In this document: in pieces, positions 36,001-47,148 of the stretch
Layout: each line of letters opens with the position of its first letter
Position numbering within the stretch: the first letter of the stretch is position 1
Origin: Azolla caroliniana
Taxonomy: Eukaryota; Plantae; Polypodiophyta
Direction: 5' to 3'
DNA: 64,000 bases
Assembly: GCA_043228905.1 (NCBI GenBank)
Contig: JBHGNT010000013.1
Span: 9,920,001 to 9,984,000 of the forward strand
Program-made: the position numbers and the translations under genes
Notes under the pieces: generated by a model
Databases searched by the model: none
What the model saw: the letters and a program-made list of their open reading frames with translations, nothing else
Told to the model about the DNA's origin: nothing

Positions 36001-37879
36001 CTCTTTTTGAGAATGAAGTTACGTAGGAAGAGAGCCAGAATCAGTGGCTGCTTTCCTTTTTCATATAATACAAAAATCATCATATCATTCATTATCCCAT
36101 CTGCATTCAACAAACAAGTCACTTGTTAATTGATCACAAGGGTCATGCAAACATGGGAAAATCGACCATTCCTAACTACAAAAAATTTCAAGTCATGACG
36201 TCGTTATAGTTATGCTACTCTCCCCCATCAATGCGCATTCCATATACATTCCAAGAGCGGCATTGTCTACACCTTTGATAAGTCACTATGTTGATGTTAA
36301 GAATATCAACTATAACACTGCCACACTGTTATATTCTCCATATTACTAAATGACTGCTAATGAGTTTTACTTGAAAGATCGTAATGTCTGAACCTTTGAT
36401 AATCCACTATGTTGATGTTAAGAATTTATCAACTACAACACTACCACACTGTTATATTTTCCATATTACTATCAAGCTGCACGTGATTTTTAGTTGAAAG
36501 ATTGTACTGTCATTCCCTAGGGTACACGATACTATACTCTCCAATATAAAGGGTTGTATAATTATACCGATACTGCATTGATATTTCAATCCCTCACAAA
36601 TTCGGAATGATGATGCACTGTTTCTGTGACTTTTAGCATGGCAAAGTTCTGATTTTTCTACTGGCCCACAGATAAAAATTCTTAGTGTCATTCTGCGTGT
36701 CATGCACTCGATTGTAATCATATTACCAAAATTGTAGAGGCACCATTGTCTTTATTCAAACGAAGTTCTGCTTTCTCTAGTACACCTCACCAATCTGTTC
36801 CTCGTACTTGGCTGATTTACAAGTCCAAAATGATCTACGAATATTCAGTACCAAATTTACAATCCAAAACACTTCTGCCGGGTATAAAACAAAGATCGGT
36901 GTTAAAAGCATGAAGGCGTGTATACATTTACGCACTAGACGAACAAGTTGAACCTAATAATACCAACCCTGTTAAGACTGAGACTGCGAAATTAGCAATC
37001 ACATGGCTCTAGCAATTAACAGTCGTATAGGCTCTCTACTCTGTCTAGAACTAGCCCATTGATGTTTGGCACTATGCTAATCTTTGTGATTCGAAACCCC
37101 CTAAATAGTTTAATCATCAATAAGAAGATTTCCAGATAATGACGACTTAATAAAACTTGTGTCATGCTGTTTAGCGATTTAGGTATCGTAACAAACGTTA
37201 AGCATTCTAAGATGCACTCTCGTACCCAAATTTATTTTAAAGGAGTCTCTAACAAGAAGAAACGAGGGGCTTAGAAATTGCATTACGAACAACCTTAGTA
37301 TTCATTTCAGTTCAAGTCTCATAAATCATTAAAGTAAGACAAACAAGGATTCAAGGTGATATACAACTCCGATAAAAAATAGACACGTCTCTGTTAATTC
37401 CCTGATGCCAGAGACAAAACAAGTCAGACATATGGCTAGCCAATCTAGTTGGATGGGAGGGGATTGAGTAGAAGTGCACCAAAACATGCATGTCACTACA
37501 ATAGGAGCCATAATCTTCGCATCTTCAGTGCAGGGAACGAACATAGCGTTATCTATTCATTTGGTTTGTATTCCTCGCATAGCAGAAACGACGTCTAGTC
37601 ACTGATATGAATTGGCGGTGCGGAGCATATTGTCAAACTAGAAAATTGCAATGTAGTCATTTGCATCCAAGCCTAAGCATTACTAGCACATGTAAGGTTT
37701 CTCATCGAATCTATCCTAAGAAGATGGTGTAAGTATTATCTACGTTGTAAATAATATGGATGATATGGCAGTATGATCCTTACTTACGATGACAGGCAAA
37801 CAAACAAGGAATGGAAACACGAATCCAGACACAAGCCAGAATACATCTAAGAAACACCATCGCGGGCAGTCCTTCGGAA

Positions 37880-37980
37880 CCCGTAGATCCTCAGCATTCG
37901 GAAATGTATTGATTCATTTGAGGAAACCTCTTCAGAATTAGCATGGTGTATTAGAAACACAACATCATCAGATCTACGGG
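37880..37980 (-). ncRNA. Box C/D snoRNA, snoR53Y/snR53-like (18S Am796-equivalent; guide also fits U6 A53)
   Basis: Perfect 10-bp terminal stem CCCGTAGATC/GATCTACGGG; box C TGATGA 37965-37970; D' CTGA preceded by CCATGCTAAT-T, complementary to AUUAGCAUGG in 18S rRNA and U6; box D 37891-37894. Confidence 0.8.
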
Positions 37981-38135
37981 AGCTACAGCAAACACTTGAA
38001 AACCTAGTGCTACGGAGAGGAGGGAGCTACAACAAACACAACATCATCAGATCTACGGGAGCTACAACAAACACTTGAAAACCTAGTGCTACGGAGAGGA
38101 GGGAGAAACAGAGAAAATCTCCATTCATCATTTAT

Positions 38136-38229
38136 GCTCAGAAAAGCACGGATAAAATACTCTCGTCACAGAACCTGATGTAAAACAGGCCGTCAGAGTG
38201 AGCTGGGTAAATCCGGAGATCATCATCGC
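38136..38229 (-). ncRNA. Box C/D snoRNA, U29/snR71-like (25S Am2946-equivalent)
   Basis: Box C ATGATGA 38220-38226; guide ACCCAGCTCAC-T before D' CTGA 38193-38196, complementary to 25S GUGAGCUGGGU; C' GTGACGA; box D 38138-38141. Confidence 0.8.
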
Positions 38230-38489
38230 AAATTTAAGAAAACCAGAAGCGAGGGGGGGTAAAGCCTGCTTTATATAGCATCAATGGCCTTACAAAAGTA
38301 GAAGGCCTCGCGCTGCAGGCTGTCATCACAGCGGAAACCTGAGCACAACACCAACAAAAAGGAGAAGGAAGAAGGGGGTGAAAAACAGAGACCACCCCAA
38401 CAGAACCCCTTCTCCTCCTGCTACTCATTGCACTGGCTCCATCGCTCTGATAAGATCAAGTAGTGTTACTGATAGAAGGGCGCGTCTCT

Positions 38490-38580
38490 GCATACTTATA
38501 ATGGGTGGGCCTTGAATTTGCCCTAATCTCTCTCTCTCTACACATATCTATCCGGCGGTGTTACGAAACCCTAAAACATC
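38490..38580 (-). promoter_or_regulatory. Putative Pol II promoter of the snoRNA cluster (telo-box, site II, TATA-like)
   Basis: AAACCCTAA ~38567-38575, TGGGCC ~38506-38511, TATAAG on minus at ~38494-38499; this combination is known for plant ribosomal-protein and snoRNA genes. Confidence 0.55.
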
Positions 38581-40494
38581 CAACGGTGTTAAGTCATGTT
38601 CGCATTACATAACACACACACACATCGACGTTTCTATTTACAACCGAACAATAAAGAGGCGTGCATGGTCGGGAAATCGTGACATCTTCATCCTAAAAAT
38701 GTGTGCATCTTTCTACTAACCCAACACTAATCAGAGTCTCCCAATCCCAACACTGATCAGAGTCCGTCACGTCTAACCCGGACACTACCAAATTCCAGCC
38801 TTGCCATTGTAATTACCAACCTGGACCATTGTTTACAACCCCGCCATTATCAATTCAAACCAACTTATGTTTTGTCTAACTTTCTCCAAATGATTGGCTA
38901 ACCCAGGCATATGAAGCATCTACATTACTAAACCGATCAAATGGATTGTTTAACGTGGGCCGATCCTGCCATGAAATTACTAACCTGGCTATGTCTAGAT
39001 TAACCAGACTAGTTGTTCTAACCATACGAATCTACGATAGAAGTTAATAACATGGCCATGACTTCCAACCCAATCCTCGAACCTAAACCGGTTTAATGGT
39101 CCCTAAAAATGAACTCGACATCATGGTGCATCTAACTCGGCTCCAATTGTAGTGTGGCTAAAACCTTGCACATTTACACATTTTCGCCTCTTTTTGAATT
39201 TTTCAAACCTATTGCACTTGAGGTTTCAACAAACAAGAAAACCGATCACACTTGTCATCCACCACCTACGCTAGACCACCTACACCTCAACTTAAACCTC
39301 CACATGGTATGTACTTTCTTTGTTTTGTTAATTGCCTAGTGCAAGGATGTTTGTCGGTATCATATTATTGATGCAATTAATGAGGGGTTTAGGGTTTCCA
39401 ATATTTTTAAGAGATTGTGCGTGCATTTAGTTTCTTGTGGCTTTCATATTTGTTTGCATTTAGGGTTGAGGAAACATACCACCTACACCAATAACTCCGC
39501 ATGAACCTCCACCTTGTATGTGGTTCCTTCTTTCCCTTATCTGTCTAGTGTTGGCATCATTGATTGATGATTTAGGGTTAGGGTTTAGGGTTTTCAATCT
39601 TTTTGAGAGATTGTGGATGCATTTCGATTCTTGTGGCTTTCATATTTGATTGTGCGTGGAGTGTGAGTCTTGTGGCTTTCATATCGTCGTCCGGTGTCGG
39701 TACACGGGGTGGTGGTGTCGGTGGTCGTTCCTCCTTTGGTGGTGTCAGAGGTTTTCCCCGGTCTTCTGTCGCTGTCGGAGGTCTTTCCTACTCCTCTTGT
39801 GGTGACAGAGGCTTCTCCTCCTCGACTTCCGGTGTCGGAGGTCTCTCGTCGTCGACTTCTGGTTCCGGAGTGTGGTCAACTTCTAGTACCGGAGTTTCCA
39901 ACCTTGTCGATTCGGGTTCTGTTGTCGGCAAAGTATCTGACTCCTTGTCCTCTGGTCCACCTCAGGTGTCGTTACTACTGCGGTAGTTTGTCTGCGCACT
40001 GTATTCCTTGTCCGACAATGGCTTAACACAGGGTGTCTCTGGAAGACACTTCACCAAAGGGTGTTACGGCGAGATAACTTAAGACACAACGATTGCTTCG
40101 ACTTAATTAGCTTCTTAGCAATAAGGCATACACTTAATACACGCATAAGATATAACAATTAATTCAGAACGGTAATCAATACGCGAAGATAAAACAGAAG
40201 CTTATATTAATTCTTCGTTAAAGTTATACATTGTAACCAAGCCTTTATATAGGTCACCGGTGCTACGTACAAAACGGTGCCAACCGGAACCTGTTCGGAA
40301 TCGGTCCGGATCCGGATCGGCATACCGATTCCGGTCCATCCGTTCACTACATAATTATAATCTAATCTACTTAATTAAATATATTCCGAATAACCATCCC
40401 TTTCACATTCTGGTCTCTGCTCCTTTGCCGGTCGGGTAACACATGGCACGCCCGTGGGACAGTACCTTGTACGTCGAATCCCACTATCCAGCCC

Positions 40495-43490
40495 TTAGCT
40501 TTCGTCCAAGATGTCCAGAATACTCTGCTCCAGGGTATCCAATGGTTGTTCGGAATTTGGTTGTTGTTGTTGTTGTTGCGGCTATTGTTGCTGTGGTGGT
40601 TGCGGCTCCTCCGACTGTTGCTCCTGAGCGTGCGTCTGTTCGGCTTCCGGTACCGGTGGTTGTGGTGGTGATTCCTCTGTTAGCTGCTCCATTGGATTTG
40701 ACTCCGATTGATTCGTCCCGGCCTTGTCTCTGTCCAGTCCTTGCTCCAGTGATGGCTCCTCATCGCCGAGGTTGACGGTCGCCGCCTGCTTTGCTTCTTC
40801 TCTCCGTAGCCTGGTCCGCTCATAGCTCTCAAACTGGATTTGAGCATCCAATTGATCATCATCTAGTTGGGCTACCAGTTGCCGGACCACTGCTACTTCC
40901 TCCTCCGCCAGAGTTATAAAATCTTCGGCTACCTCCTCTCTGACGGCGGTGAAGTCCTCCTTCGTTAGCATGTAGCAGTCATCACCTTCCCTCTGTCGGT
41001 TTTCCGCGTTTGCCCGTAGCAACTGGAGCTCGGCTGTGTGCTTTGCCCATTTGTCCCACCATTGCGCGGAGCTTTCATCAATCAAGCGTTTGGTCTTGTT
41101 CCTCCATGCCTGGACAATGAACTAGATCCGCTCCAATCCCATCTTTGATTTGTCCTCCGCGGCTTGTCGTTCGTCCTTCAACTGCTTGATGAGTGCCACT
41201 GTATCCACCTCCTGCTCCCGGTAATGTGACAGTTGGGTTTGATAAGTGGTCTGCAGCCTTTGCAAGATCATCATCACTCTTTCCTTCTCTTCATAATGCT
41301 GCTTATGCAGCTCCATCCGTTCTTGTGCGGCTTCCTCCAGCAGCGTGGTTCTTTCAGCCCGTTCCTCCGCCAACGTCATCTCAACCCGATGTACCTCCTG
41401 TCGGAGCTCTGCCATCTTCTCATGCTGTTTCTTATGCTCCGTATCCAGGTGCTTGTGGTCCAGGTGCAGGTGCTTTTGGTTGAGTTGCCGGCGAGCGCGG
41501 TCTTCTCGGTCCTTTTGCTGATGGAGTTCTTCTTTCAGCCTTTCGATCTCTGTTTCCACCATCCGTCGCAACTTCTCCTTTTCTTGCAGCGCCTTCTCTT
41601 TCTCCTCCTTCAACCGGTCGTAGGCCTGATGTCCTTTCCGCAGATTCTCTTCTGCCCGGCGGAGGTTCTCAGCAGTCTTTCGTTGCTCTTCTTCTGCCGC
41701 TTTCTTCAAGTCCCGCTCTCGGGTGCGTAATGGTTCTTGTGCGGCCAGTTCATCTCTTAATTCAGCAAGCTCTTTTGCTTGCGTCGCCACTATCTTCGGG
41801 ACTGTTTCCGTCTCCGGGGTCTTATTGCTATGTACAGGTGCTGGTGCTTCTTTGTTCTGTACATTGATCGGGGTCACCGGTGCTTGGAGCTGTGGTCCGG
41901 TTAAGGCCATTTTGGCCAATTCTTCTATGGCCAGGTCCAAGTTTTGTTCTAGGCTCCGGATCCTTGATTGGGCCGTCTCTAGTTCTCCGGTTGTGACGAG
42001 CAACTGGTCCATCTGCGCTTTCTCTTCCGCCTCTATGTAGTGTACCACTCTGGCAATCTGTTCTCCAATCCACCGGAGCCATTGGGTACCGGTGCCCTGT
42101 TGTTGCGTTTGCCCGGAGGGTTGGCTGTTGGTGTCGCTGGCCAGTGGTCGGTTTTGTCCCGTTGCGTCGAGCTGCAACTCTAGCTCTTGTTGGTGACCAC
42201 TTTGTCGTTTAGGTTGCGGCTCCGTTGGCCGCTCAACCTCTGAACGCTCTTGGCCTGCTGGTGGGGTCGGTAATTGTACTTCCGGCACTAGCATATCGGG
42301 TCTTGCCATATCCTGACCCACCGGTAGAGGTTGTTGTGCAAGGGGCTCTGTGGCCGGTTCTGTCTGAACCGGTTCTGGTTCCATCCTCGGTGCGGGCTGC
42401 TTAGGGCAGGGTACAAGCATTCCATCCTTCTTTGGGTCCGAACGCTCCCCGACATCTTCGGAGGTGCTTGCCTTCTGGTGCCGCTGGAGGTGCTCTAACG
42501 GTTCCTCCTCTGTTTCCTTCTCCTGAGTCCCGATGTTGATTTTTGCTGCCAAGGGGTCCGACGCTTGTTGAGCCGGTCGGCTAAGTCTGATTTTGATTGG
42601 CCGCACCGGTGGCTCCTCCTGCGTTTCCGCCTGCCGCTTCCTGTTGGCGCGCTCCTTTACCACTTAGTCCGTGTCGGCCGCCTTCCCTCTGGTTGCCTTA
42701 GACGCCAACAACTGCTGTCGTTTAGAGGCCGTTTTCGGGGTGCCTTCGGTTGTTCTTCCCCGCTTCATGCTCTTGACGGGCTCGATAGGCGGCGCCAATA
42801 GAGTGAGGCATTGCGCCACCGTCGTCCATATCTTCCGACCCTCTTTGCCTCTGACAGAGTCGATGGCCGCACAGAGGCCATCCGCAATTAGTACCGCCCA
42901 GTCCACCTTCATGCCTTCATATGTGGCTATGATTAAGCCGGCCCGATTTTGGGGCATGCAGGGGGGTCGAGGGTATACATGTCTGAATTCATGGAGCACC
43001 CGGGCAATCTCGCGAAAGAGAGGATCTTCGCCGCCCTGTGTCTGGTAGGCCTTGCTTGCCAGAGAGTATTCCCCAAAGTATTTTCGGAGTTGTTCCGGGG
43101 TAGGGTTATCGATAGTGAAGATTCCCCCTTCCGGAAGGCCAATCAACGCATGGATGGCCGCCTTAGCAATCAGCTCTGTGTCGATTTCTTTGACTATCTT
43201 CTCCACCTCCCGGTGGGTGGCGCCTCCATGATGGTGAGGAAACCCTCTAAGCCGTGTTGCCTTAGCCGCTTCTTGGCTGCTTTAGAGAGTGCTTGGCAGT
43301 CCATGGCTTCGTCGAGGTCGGTGAGCGCTGGTGAGGGTTGTGTGTGAGGAGTCTCTGTGTGCGTGGGTTCGCGTCTGTTGATCTTCAATCTCCTGTCTGC
43401 GTTTGTGCTTCTCTGTTCGCGAAATGTGAGGGTTTCTATGTGGCAGGGGTCTTCTTGTTGCATGTTGGCGCCTGTTTTCTTTTTTTTCAT
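40495..43490 (-). pseudogene. Extra sense ORF (~1000 aa reconstructed) between pol and the 3' LTR: globular N-terminal domain, long coiled coil, Q-rich tail
   Basis: ORFs 42664-43206, 41122-42663 and 40582-41085 share one frame separated by single stops, continuing to TAA at 40495-40497; one frameshift near 43200 links 43194-43490. Confidence 0.75.
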
Positions 43491-43722
43491 TACCCGCGCA
43501 TGTGCACGTCGTGTACTAAAATAGAATGATGTGCCATGCGGCGGTGGTTTAATACCCTATTAATAGCCCACTACGTACCTTTTCAAAGTGCCTGTTCACT
43601 CCTTCTTTTTGCATGTGTCCGTTCACTCCTCGCCCTTGCATGATTTACTTTGATTTGCTTTGACTCGATTTTATTTATTTATTTATTTATTTATATTTTT
43701 TTTAAGATAATAAATGGTTTTG

Positions 43723-45412
43723 CTAATTAGCGACCGGTCCCACTGGACACCTATCCGGATTGTGATCCTTGCCGAACGTTGGACCGCTTGCCGGCGCTTC
43801 CGACTTACCGGTGTCCGGTTCTGTGTCGCCCTTCACTTGTTCAAATGAGTTTCTTGGCATGGGTCCATTGTATGGTTTGAGTCGAAACTCGTTGACCCAT
43901 TTACCCAAAACCTCGCCGGCGAGTGTCCCTAATTGGTAGGAACCGTTGAACTTTCACGTAATCCAGTATGGTCCGGTCCACCGAAACCGTAACTTTCCCG
44001 GCATCTTACCCATCCAGGTCTGGAACACGAGTATTGGCTTACTGATGCCGAACATCTTTTCGTTCCCTTTTCAGTGACGATCCACGAACGCCTTCCTTCG
44101 CCGTTGCTCTAGTTCTAGGTGCATGATGTTGGCTAGCCGGTGTTCTTCCAATTCGCACAACGCGTTTAATTGGATAACTTCCGATTCCTTCTCATTTAGG
44201 CGTTCCCGAATCTGTATTCGTAAACTCGGGACCTGGAACTCTACTAGCATCACTGCTTCTAATCCAAATGCTAAGCAGAACGGTGTTGTGCGGATACTTG
44301 TTTTATATGTCGTTCGGTAAGCCCAGAGTGCACTGTGCAACTTTGTATCCCAATCCGTCCGATTCTCATTGACAATTTTCCGCAGGATATTCTGTAGTGT
44401 TTTATTTGTTGACTCTGCTAATCCGTTGGCTTGCGGATAATAGGGAGTGCTCCGTTTGTGCACCACCGCATAAAATGTCGTCAAACTTTCCACTACTTGC
44501 CCTAAGAAGTGCCCACCTTGGTAACTTAAGAGCTCTATCGGACATCCATATCGGCACCAGATGCATTCATATAAAATTTTTGCCGTGGATGCCGCGGTGT
44601 TGTCGTGTACTGCTTTTGCTTCGACCCATTTCGTGCAGTAATCCGTAGCGACGATCACGTACCGGTTGCCGGTTCTCATTGTCGGTGGTTTGAACGAACC
44701 GACAAAATCTAGCCCCCATTTCTGAAATGGTTCTAACGGTAGTACGGGCTGGTGAGGCATTCTGGCTTGTTCGGTTGGTTGCCCCATTCGTTGACATAGG
44801 TCGCATTCTTTAGCGTATCGGACTGCATCTTTCAATGTTGTTGGTCACCATAGTCCACTCTGCCATATTTTCCTTGCCGTAGCGTCTCCCGCATAATGTC
44901 CTCCGGCCACGCCGCAGTGTGGCTCGTGCAATATTACTTCCTTTTCGTCACTGCGCATTGTACGCCGCCATATGCCATCTGCGCCTTTGTGGTACAGTGT
45001 GTCCTGCAATAGACAGAAGTGTCGGCTTTGAACCGCTAAGAGTTTCCTTTCGTCTCTGTTCATCTGCTCCGGAGGTAAACCGATGCTCAGAAACTGGTGC
45101 ATATTGGTGAGCCACTTGTCTTCCTCTGCGACCGAATTGTCCCTTGCCGTTTCTGCTATGACTCTAAACAGCTCTGCATTCGGAAAGTTGTCTGGGACTC
45201 TGTCACCGGTTTCCCCGGAATCTAGCCGGCTTAAATAGTCCGCTACCGCATGCTATATGCCGGGTCAGTGGAATATCTCAAACTTGAATTCTTGTAGTAG
45301 TAACGTCCACCGGGCCAGCTTACCGGTGAGTGATGCTTTGGACACCAAATAGAGGAGCGACGAATGATCTACGTGAAAGGAAAATTTCCTTCCCAACAGA
45401 TAGTGTCTAAAC
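43723..45412 (-). pseudogene. Athila-like pol 3' part: RNase H end + integrase
   Basis: FRHYLLG...DH...LARW...HAVADYLSRL, HCGVAGGH, CDLCQR, YYPQANGLAESTNK, RWTGPYW, VNEFRLKPY. Confidence 0.9.
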
Positions 45413-46169
45413 TGTTAGGAAACGGGTCCCTCCGGATGGGAAGTGAGAACCGGATGACAAGTACCCAGCAACGGAAGACCCGGTGAGAACCGGATGTGGT
45501 GTACCCGGCAAGCGTCGGATGACGAGTACCCGGCTACGGAGGACCCGGTGAGAACCGGATGACGAGTACCCTGCAAGAGCCGGATGGTGAAGACCCGGTG
45601 AGAACCGGAAGTGTGCCCGACAAGAGCCGGATGATGCGGGCCCGGTGAGGAGTGCTCACCGGATTACAGGACATATTCGTAAATATGTTTTCTGAGAGTC
45701 CATCGGGGCTATATTTGTAAATAGCCGAAAAGTCATATTAATATAAATATGACTTAGGGCAAACTTAGATGTGTGGTTGTTATTGTTGCCATTTCTTGTT
45801 GGTGCAAGATTTGAGTTCGTAACTGCGTACAAAGAGAGAGAGAGAGAGAGTGAGAGAGAAAGAGGTCGTTGCCTCTGTTGTAACCGCCGCCTGTGGCGAA
45901 GATCGTGAGCGCGAGGTCGTTGCCTCCGTGAGCTCACTGTTGTAATTATTGTGATATAGTGATAGTTTGGAGTTTGTGGACTCCCGTGGTTTTTCCCTCT
46001 CAGGGTTTTCCACGTTAAACATACTGTGTACTCTTCTCTCCTTTTGTGTCGTGTGTATTCATTCCCCGTTTTCTGTGTTTGATTCTAAGCTCGGTTGTGG
46101 CCGAGCGGTGTTCATTGGAGCGTCTAGTTCCTGTCAAAGTGGTATCAGAGCGAGACAACACAGGAAAAA

Positions 46170-47148
46170 ATGGAAGATTCGTTGGGAGGCATGTTCAAGC
46201 TCACCGGCTCCAACTATTCGGTGTGGAAGTCGAAGATGAGGGACATGCTCATGGTTAAAGATCTTTGGCTTCCGGTTCAGTTCGGGGACAAGAGACCGGA
46301 CAAGATGGACGCCATGATATGGGAGGTGATGCACATGAAGACAACGACTTACATACGGTGCTTCATCAACATGAGCCTATACAACAACTTCAATGAAGAG
46401 AGCAAGGCTCATGAGCTCTAGGAGAAGATCGGCATTATGTTTCAGAACAAAAATGTTGTTAACCAGGTTTCGGTGTTCCGGAAGCTAGTAAGACTCTGGT
46501 ACAAAGATGGCTCCAACATGGCGGAGCACATGAATGCCTTCCAGGGGCTGATACACCAGGCAACATCATTGGAAGTACCTCTCGCCGATGAGGTACTAGT
46601 GCTACTCCTACTCTGTTCCCTCCCAGATAGCTGGGAGACGTTGGTTGTCACTTTGGGCAACGCCGGGCCGGAAGGGAAACGGTTATCTCTAGCAAGAGTG
46701 AAGTCGAGCTTGCTAGATGAGGAGGCACGTCCGAAAGATAACGATACGAGCTCCGACTCCAAAGCGCTCATTACCGAATTGGAACGCGGAAGACAAAGGA
46801 ACCGTAGTCCCCAGAACCGGGAAAAGTCGGGGACACGGTCAAAGTCAAGGGGGAGGCCTACTTGCTTCTATTGCGGCAAGCCGGGACACTTCCAGAAGAA
46901 CTGTCGGCATTTCCGAAAAGACAAGGAAACCGACGGTACCAATTCGAAGTGGACACCAGACCGGAACGGTAAAGACCGGAGGGGAATGGACCGGAAGGGA
47001 ATGACGGCAATTGCGGCAAGCGAAGAAGAGTTGATGCTCATCATCAAGGAGAGTGAGATAAACCTTGCTGGCGACGAGATGACGTGGGTGGTCGACTCCG
47101 GAGCGTCGTTCCACCTTACCCCAGATCGGAAATGTTTCTCATCCTACT
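46170..47148 (+). pseudogene. copia A gag and protease start, cut by insertion of copia B
   Basis: KLTGSNYSVWKSKM, CFYCGKPGHFQKNC, WVVDSGASFH; TAG at ~46419. Confidence 0.9.

Noticed and set aside
36271-36470. ~77-bp direct repeat at 121-bp offset
   Set aside because: Simple local duplication without structural or coding signal.
36605-36655. ATGATGA...CTGA on + strand as a C/D snoRNA
   Set aside because: Only ~45 nt, opposite strand to the cluster, and no rRNA complementarity that I can recognise.
39380-39600. TTTAGGG telomere-like repeats
   Set aside because: At most three consecutive units inside a local duplicated repeat; not a telomeric array.
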